DNA of 64,000 nt, from sequence record PZ583743.1. One strand, given 5' to 3'. A model generated the notes under the pieces. That model was not told the origin of the DNA, searched no databases, and saw only the letters and a program-made list of their open reading frames with translations. Within the stretch, counting starts at the first letter, position 1. The number at the start of each line of letters is the position of its first letter. Shown here piece by piece: positions 57,022 to 64,000 of this stretch. The position numbers were made by a program, and so were the translations under genes. Source of the stretch: a phage.

Positions 57022-57513
57022 ATGTTTGTAGATGATGTAACACGAGCGTTTGAATCTGGTGATTTTGCTCGACCTAACTTATTCCAAGTAGAAATTTCTT
57101 ATCTTGGACAAAATTTCACGTTTCAATGTAAAGCCACTGCTTTACCAGCTGGTATTGTAGAAAAAATTCCAGTCGGATTTATGAACCGTAAAATTAACGT
57201 AGCAGGCGATCGTACATTCGATGACTGGACTATTACAGTAATGAATGATGAGGCGCATGATGCACGCCAGAAGTTTGTTGACTGGCAAAGCATTGCTGCT
57301 GGGCAAGGAAACGAAATTACTGGTGGAAAACCAGCAGAGTATAAAAAGAGCGCTATTGTACGCCAATATGCTCGTGACGCTAAAACTGTAACAAAAGAAG
57401 TCGAAATTAAAGGCCTGTGGCCTACTAACGTGGGTGAACTTCAGTTAGATTGGGATTCAAACAATGAAATCCAAACATTTGAAGTAACTCTCGCTCTCGA
57501 TTATTGGGAATAA
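57022..57513 (+). CDS. 19: Tail tube protein gp19
   Basis: 163 aa, matching T4 gp19 length and order. Confidence 0.9.
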   Translation: MFVDDVTRAFESGDFARPNLFQVEISYLGQNFTFQCKATALPAGIVEKIPVGFMNRKINVAGDRTFDDWTITVMNDEAHDARQKFVDWQSIAAGQGNEITGGKPAEYKKSAIVRQYARDAKTVTKEVEIKGLWPTNVGELQLDWDSNNEIQTFEVTLALDYWE

Positions 57514-57545
57514 AATGAATGGGGAGAAATCCCCATCCTGCTTAA

Positions 57546-59170
<1,625 letters not shown>

Positions 59171-59171
<1 letters not shown>

Positions 59172-59419
59172 TGGAAGGTTTAATTGAAGCTATTAAATCA
59201 AACGACCTCGTAGCCGCTCGTAAATTATTTGCTGAAGCCATGGCTGCAAGAACGATTGATTTAATTAAAGAAGAAAAAATCGCTATCGCTCGTAATTTCT
59301 TAATCGAAGGTGAAGAACCTGAAGACAAGGATGATGACGAAGACGAAGATGGTGATGATAAAGACGACAAAAAAGACAAAGACTCTGACGAAGATGACGA
59401 AGACGAGGATGATGAATAA
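59171..59419 (+). CDS. 67: Prohead core protein gp67
   Basis: 82 aa with highly acidic Asp/Glu-rich C-terminus. Confidence 0.8.
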
Positions 59420-59844
59420 TGCTTCTGATCCCTGAAACTCATGAATTAGTTCTCGAGAATGTCGAAGCACTTATTCCTGAAGCACAGGGTCGCTTTGACG
59501 AATTGTCTTCTGCTTTAAATAAAGACGATATAAATACAATTGTCGAGAATATGCTTGATGATGAAACTGATTTAGCAGTTGCATTAGCTTCTATTAATGA
59601 AAATATGCCGTTAAATGAATTCATTGTTAAGCACGTTTCAGCTCGTGGTGAAATTACACGTACTAAAGACCGCAAAACACGCGAACGTAATGCATTTCAA
59701 ACCACTGGGCTGTCTAAAGCAAAACGTAGACAAATTGCTCGCAAAGCTACCAAAACGAAGATTGCCAATCCAGCAGGTCAATCTCGTGCTCAGCGTAAGC
59801 GTAAAAAAGCTCTTAAACGCCGTAAAGCATTAGGATTAAGCTAA
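59419..59844 (+). CDS. 68: Prohead core protein gp68
   Basis: 141 aa, basic C-terminus; order as in T4. Confidence 0.8.
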
Positions 59845-60497
59845 TGAATGAACCCCAATTACTAATTGAAACTTGGGGTCAACCTGGCGAAATTATTGAT
59901 GGTGTGCCAATGCTTGAATCCCACGATGGAAAAGACTTAGGTTTAAAACCGGGTTTATACATCGAAGGAATATTCATGCAAGCAGAAGTCGTCAATAGAA
60001 ATAAACGTCTTTATCCAAAACGCATATTAGAAAAAGCGGTAAAAGACTATATTAATGAGCAAGTTTTAACTAAACAAGCTCTCGGAGAATTAAATCATCC
60101 TCCACGCGCTAATGTTGACCCGATGCAAGCCGCTATCATTATAGAAGATATGTGGTGGAAAGGAAATGACGTATACGGACGAGCTCGTGTTATTGAAGGT
60201 GACCACGGTCCTGGAGATAAATTAGCAGCTAATATTCGTGCCGGATGGATTCCAGGAGTTTCTTCTCGTGGATTAGGTTCATTGACTGACACAAATAAAG
60301 GTTATCGTATCGTAAACGAAGGATTCAAATTAACTGTAGGTGTTGATGCAGTATGGGGTCCAAGTGCTCCAGATGCATGGGTAACTCCTAAGGAAATTAC
60401 CGAATCACAGACGGCGGAAGCCGATACAAGTGCCGATGACGCCTATATGGCTCTCGCAGAGGCCATGAAAAAAAGCGTTATAAATATTATTATCTAA
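59844..60497 (+). CDS. 21: Prohead core protease gp21
   Basis: 217 aa; [20 protein letters not shown] matches T4 gp21 as remembered. Confidence 0.9.
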   Translation: MNEPQLLIETWGQPGEIIDGVPMLESHDGKDLGLKPGLYIEGIFMQAEVVNRNKRLYPKRILEKAVKDYINEQVLTKQALGELNHPPRANVDPMQAAIIIEDMWWKGNDVYGRARVIEGDHGPGDKLAANIRAGWIPGVSSRGLGSLTDTNKGYRIVNEGFKLTVGVDAVWGPSAPDAWVTPKEITESQTAEADTSADDAYMALAEAMKKSVINIII

Positions 60498-60513
60498 ACA
60501 ACAGGACTACAAA

Positions 60514-61323
60514 ATGCTTAAAGAACAACTGATTGCTGAAGCGCAAAAAATTGATGCTTCCGTTGCTCTTGATAGTATTTTCGAATCAGTTAATATTTCT
60601 CCGGAAGCAAAAGAAACTTTCGGCACTGTATTCGAAGCTACCGTCAAGCAGCACGCCGTTAAATTAGCTGAATCTCATATCGCTAAAATTGCTGAAAAAG
60701 CAGAAGAAGAAGTAGAAAAAAATAAAGAAGAAGCAGAAGAAAAAGCTGAGAAGAAAATTGCTGAGCAAGCTTCTAAATTCATTGACCATCTTGCGAAAGA
60801 ATGGCTCGCTGAAAATAAATTAGCAGTTGATAAAGGCATCAAAGCCGAACTGTTTGAATCCATGCTTGGTGGATTAAAAGAGCTCTTTGTTGAACACAAC
60901 GTTGTTGTTCCAGAAGAATCAGTTGATGTTGTGGCTGAAATGGAAGAAGAGCTGCAAGAACATAAAGAAGAATCAGCTCGTCTGTTCGAAGAACTCAATA
61001 AGCGTGACGCATATATCAATTATGTGCAGCGTGAAGTGGCATTGAGCGAAAGTACTAAAGATCTGACTGAGTCTCAAAAAGAAAAAGTCTCTGCTCTGGT
61101 CGAAGGTATGGATTATTCAGATGAATTCTCAAATAAATTGAGTGCCATCGTAGAAATGGTGAAGAAGTCTAATAAAGATGAAAGCACTATTACTGAGGGT
61201 ATAAATACTCCTGATACTGAAGCAGCCGGACTAAATTTCGTCACTGAAGCTGTAGAAGATAAAGCTGCACCTGGTGCAGAAGATATTGTAAGTGTATATG
61301 CGAAAGTCGCATCTCGTTTCTAA
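60514..61323 (+). CDS. 22: Prohead scaffold protein gp22
   Basis: 269 aa, Glu/Lys-rich helical protein; order as in T4. Confidence 0.85.
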   Translation: MLKEQLIAEAQKIDASVALDSIFESVNISPEAKETFGTVFEATVKQHAVKLAESHIAKIAEKAEEEVEKNKEEAEEKAEKKIAEQASKFIDHLAKEWLAENKLAVDKGIKAELFESMLGGLKELFVEHNVVVPEESVDVVAEMEEELQEHKEESARLFEELNKRDAYINYVQREVALSESTKDLTESQKEKVSALVEGMDYSDEFSNKLSAIVEMVKKSNKDESTITEGINTPDTEAAGLNFVTEAVEDKAAPGAEDIVSVYAKVASRF

Positions 61324-61341
61324 TTTTAAAGGTTAACACAA

Positions 61342-62907
61342 ATGACTATCAAAACTAAAGCTGAACTTTTGAACAAATGGAAGCCATTACTGGAAGGTGA
61401 AGGTTTACCGGAAATTGCTAATAGCAAACAAGCGATTATCGCTAAAATCTTTGAAAACCAGGAAAAAGATTTCCAGACAGCTCCAGAGTACAAAGACGAA
61501 AAAATCGCCCAAGCGTTCGGTTCTTTCTTAACAGAAGCTGAAATCGGTGGTGACCATGGTTACAATGCTACTAACATCGCTGCTGGTCAGACTTCTGGCG
61601 CAGTAACTCAGATTGGCCCAGCTGTTATGGGTATGGTACGTCGTGCTATTCCTAACCTGATTGCTTTCGATATTTGCGGTGTTCAGCCGATGAACAGCCC
61701 GACTGGTCAGGTATTCGCACTGCGTGCTGTATATGGTAAAGACCCAATCGCTTCAGGTGCTAAAGAAGCATTCCACCCAATGTATGGTCCAGATGCAATG
61801 TTCTCTGGTCAGGGTGCTGCTAAGAAATTCGCTGCTTTGAAAGCAAGTGATACTCTTGAAGTTGGAACTATTTACACCCACTTCTTCCAGGACACTGGTA
61901 CTGTGTATCTGCAAGCTACAGAAGCTAAACAAATTGATTCCACTGCATCTGACGTAGCTAAATTAGATGCTGAAATTAAGAAACAAATGGAAGCTGGTGT
62001 ACTGGTAGAAATCGCTGAAGGTATGGCTACTTCTATCGCTGAACTTCAGGAAGGTTTCAACGGTTCTACCGATAACCCATGGAATGAAATGGGCTTCCGT
62101 ATCGATAAACAAGTTATCGAAGCTAAATCTCGTCAGCTGAAAGCTGCTTACTCTATCGAATTAGCACAAGACCTCCGCGCTGTTCACGGTATGGATGCTG
62201 ATGCTGAACTGTCTGGTATTCTGGCTACCGAAATCATGCTGGAAATCAACCGTGAAGTTGTTGATTGGATTAACTACTCAGCTCAGGTTGGTAAATCTGG
62301 TATGACCCTGACTCCAGGTTCTAAAGCTGGTGTATTTGACTTCCAGGATCCGATTGATATTCGTGGTGCTCGCTGGGCGGGTGAATCCTTTAAAGCTCTG
62401 TTGTTCCAGATTGACAAAGAAGCAGTTGAAATTGCTCGTCAGACCGGTCGTGGTGAAGGTAACTTCATTATCGCTTCCCGTAACGTAGTTAACGTTCTGG
62501 CTTCAGTTGATACTGGCATTTCTTATGCTGCACAGGGTCTGGCTACCGGCTTTAACACTGATACTACCAAGTCAGTATTTGCTGGTGTTCTGGGTGGTAA
62601 ATACCGTGTATATATCGACCAGTATGCTAAACAGGATTATTTCACTGTAGGTTATAAAGGTCCGAACGAAATGGATGCTGGTATTTACTATGCTCCATAT
62701 GTAGCTCTGACTCCGCTGCGTGGTTCCGATCCGAAGAACTTCCAACCAGTAATGGGATTCAAAACTCGTTACGGTATCGGTATCAACCCATTTGCAGAAT
62801 CCGCTGCTCAGGCTCCGGCTTCTCGCATCCAGAGCGGTATGCCTTCTATTCTGAATAGCCTTGGTAAAAACGCTTACTTCCGCCGTGTATATGTTAAAGG
62901 TATCTAA
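61342..62907 (+). CDS. 23: Major capsid protein gp23
   Basis: 521 aa, the T4 gp23 length; order as in T4. Confidence 0.95.
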   Translation: MTIKTKAELLNKWKPLLEGEGLPEIANSKQAIIAKIFENQEKDFQTAPEYKDEKIAQAFGSFLTEAEIGGDHGYNATNIAAGQTSGAVTQIGPAVMGMVRRAIPNLIAFDICGVQPMNSPTGQVFALRAVYGKDPIASGAKEAFHPMYGPDAMFSGQGAAKKFAALKASDTLEVGTIYTHFFQDTGTVYLQATEAKQIDSTASDVAKLDAEIKKQMEAGVLVEIAEGMATSIAELQEGFNGSTDNPWNEMGFRIDKQVIEAKSRQLKAAYSIELAQDLRAVHGMDADAELSGILATEIMLEINREVVDWINYSAQVGKSGMTLTPGSKAGVFDFQDPIDIRGARWAGESFKALLFQIDKEAVEIARQTGRGEGNFIIASRNVVNVLASVDTGISYAAQGLATGFNTDTTKSVFAGVLGGKYRVYIDQYAKQDYFTVGYKGPNEMDAGIYYAPYVALTPLRGSDPKNFQPVMGFKTRYGIGINPFAESAAQAPASRIQSGMPSILNSLGKNAYFRRVYVKGI

Positions 62908-62919
62908 TCTTTGACGATT

Positions 62920-62950
62920 TAAGGGACCTTCGGGTCCCTTTAGTTGTTTT
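62920..62950 (+). terminator. Rho-independent terminator after gene 23
   Basis: Hairpin GGGACC-TTCG-GGTCCC followed by a T-run. Confidence 0.65.
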
Positions 62951-62955
62951 TATGG

Positions 62956-62963
62956 TATAAATA
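62956..62963 (+). promoter_or_regulatory. Late-promoter core TATAAATA for gene 24
   Basis: Exact TATAAATA about 28 nt upstream of the gene 24 ATG. Confidence 0.6.
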
Positions 62964-62990
62964 AATCATATAAACCAAAAGGAAAGCGCA

Positions 62991-64000
62991 ATGGCTAAAA
63001 TCAACGAACTTCTGCGCGAATCAACCACAACGAATAGCAACTCAATCGGTCGCCCAAATCTCGTTGCTTTGACTCGCGCTACCACTAAATTAATATATTC
63101 TGACATTGTAGCAACGCAAAGAACTAATCAACCTGTTGCTGCTTTTTATGGTATCAAATACCTTAATCCAGATAACGAATTTACTTTTAAAACTGGTGCT
63201 ACTTACGCTGGCGAAGCTGGATATGTAGACCGAGAACAAATCACAGAATTAACAGAAGAGTCTAAATTAACTCTCAATAAAGGCGATTTATTCAAATATA
63301 ATAATATCGTTTATAAAGTATTAGAAGATACACCATTTGCTACCATTAAAGAAAGCGATTTAGAATTAGCTCTTCAGATTGCAATTGTTCTTTTAAAGGT
63401 TCGTCTATTTTCTGATGCAGCATCAACAAGCAAATTTGAAAGTTCTGATAGCGAAATTGCGGATGCTAGATTCCAGATTAATAAATGGCAAACCGCAGTT
63501 AAATCTCGTAAACTTAAAACTGGCATCACAGTTGAATTAGCACAAGATTTAGAAGCAAATGGATTCGATGCTCCTAATTTCTTGGAAGATTTGCTTGCAA
63601 CTGAAATGGCGGATGAAATCAATAAAGATATTCTACAGTCTTTGATTACAGTATCAAAACGCTATAAAGTTACAGGAATTACTGATACCGGATTCATTGA
63701 TTTGAGTTATGCATCTGCACCTGAAGCTGGTCGTTCATTATACCGAATGGTATGTGAAATGGTTTCGCATATCCAAAAAGAATCAACTTATACTGCAACG
63801 TTCTGTGTTGCTTCAGCTCGTGCCGCTGCGATTCTTGCTGCATCAGGTTGGTTAAAACATAAACCAGAAGATGACAAATATCTTTCACAAAATGCCTACG
63901 GGTTCTTAGCTAATGGTTTACCGCTTTATTGCGATACTAACAGCCCATTAGATTATGTAATCGTTGGTGTAGTAGAAAATATCGGTGAAAAAGAAATTGT
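62991..64000 (+). CDS. 24: Capsid vertex protein gp24, N-terminal part (continues past the right edge)
   Basis: Translation from ATG 62991 reads MAKINELLRESTTTNSNSIGRPNLVALTRATTK..., a gp23 paralogue; not in the ORF track because it is incomplete. Confidence 0.85.
   Translation, partial: MAKINELLRESTTTNSNSIGRPNLVALTRATTKLIYSDIVATQRTNQPVAAFYGIKYLNPDNEFTFKTGATYAGEAGYVDREQITELTEESKLTLNKGDLFKYNNIVYKVLEDTPFATIKESDLELALQIAIVLLKVRLFSDAASTSKFESSDSEIADARFQINKWQTAVKSRKLKTGITVELAQDLEANGFDAPNFLEDLLATEMADEINKDILQSLITVSKRYKVTGITDTGFIDLSYASAPEAGRSLYRMVCEMVSHIQKESTYTATFCVASARAAAILAASGWLKHKPEDDKYLSQNAYGFLANGLPLYCDTNSPLDYVIVGVVENIGEKEI

Noticed and set aside
60675-61019. Minus-strand Ser-rich 114-aa ORF and other antisense ORFs inside late genes (35193..35402, 36068..36268, 41277..41666, 42923..43258, 46565..46843)
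   Set aside because: All lie inside long, well-supported plus-strand structural genes.
62908-62990. Expected segD-type endonuclease between genes 23 and 24, and segB within the tRNA region
   Set aside because: Only a terminator and late promoter lie between 23 and 24, and tRNA-Arg is contiguous with the other tRNAs; these T4 homing-endonuclease genes are simply absent here.

Overview
This window is a T4-like (Tequatrovirus-type) myovirus genome segment, close to but not identical to T4. Positions 1-34320 are a densely packed minus-strand early/accessory region: nrdD (5' part), gene 49, nrdC, a run of nrdC-proximal ORFs, rI, tk, regB, denV, the internal-protein genes, e (lysozyme), nudE, a 10-tRNA cluster, ipI, 57B (Acb1-type), 57A and genes 1, 3, 2, 4. 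Positions 34368-64000 are the plus-strand late morphogenesis block, genes 53 through 24, in canonical T4 order. Gene identities rest on reading the supplied translations against remembered T4 proteins and on synteny; no database search was run. The observations I would look at first are: a freestanding HNH endonuclease inserted between genes 2 and 3; three extra genes carrying the internal-protein capsid-targeting leader (one apparently frameshifted); a tRNA array extended with Tyr and Asn; four tandem 300-350 aa ORFs with similar coiled-coil tails; a nucleotidyltransferase-like protein and a P-loop ATPase; a macro-domain protein; and two sets of local DNA repeats. I found no CRISPR array, integrase or transposase. 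Many minus-strand starts in the ORF track use TTG/GTG; where I could see an in-frame ATG with a Shine-Dalgarno I adjusted the coordinate, otherwise starts are approximate.
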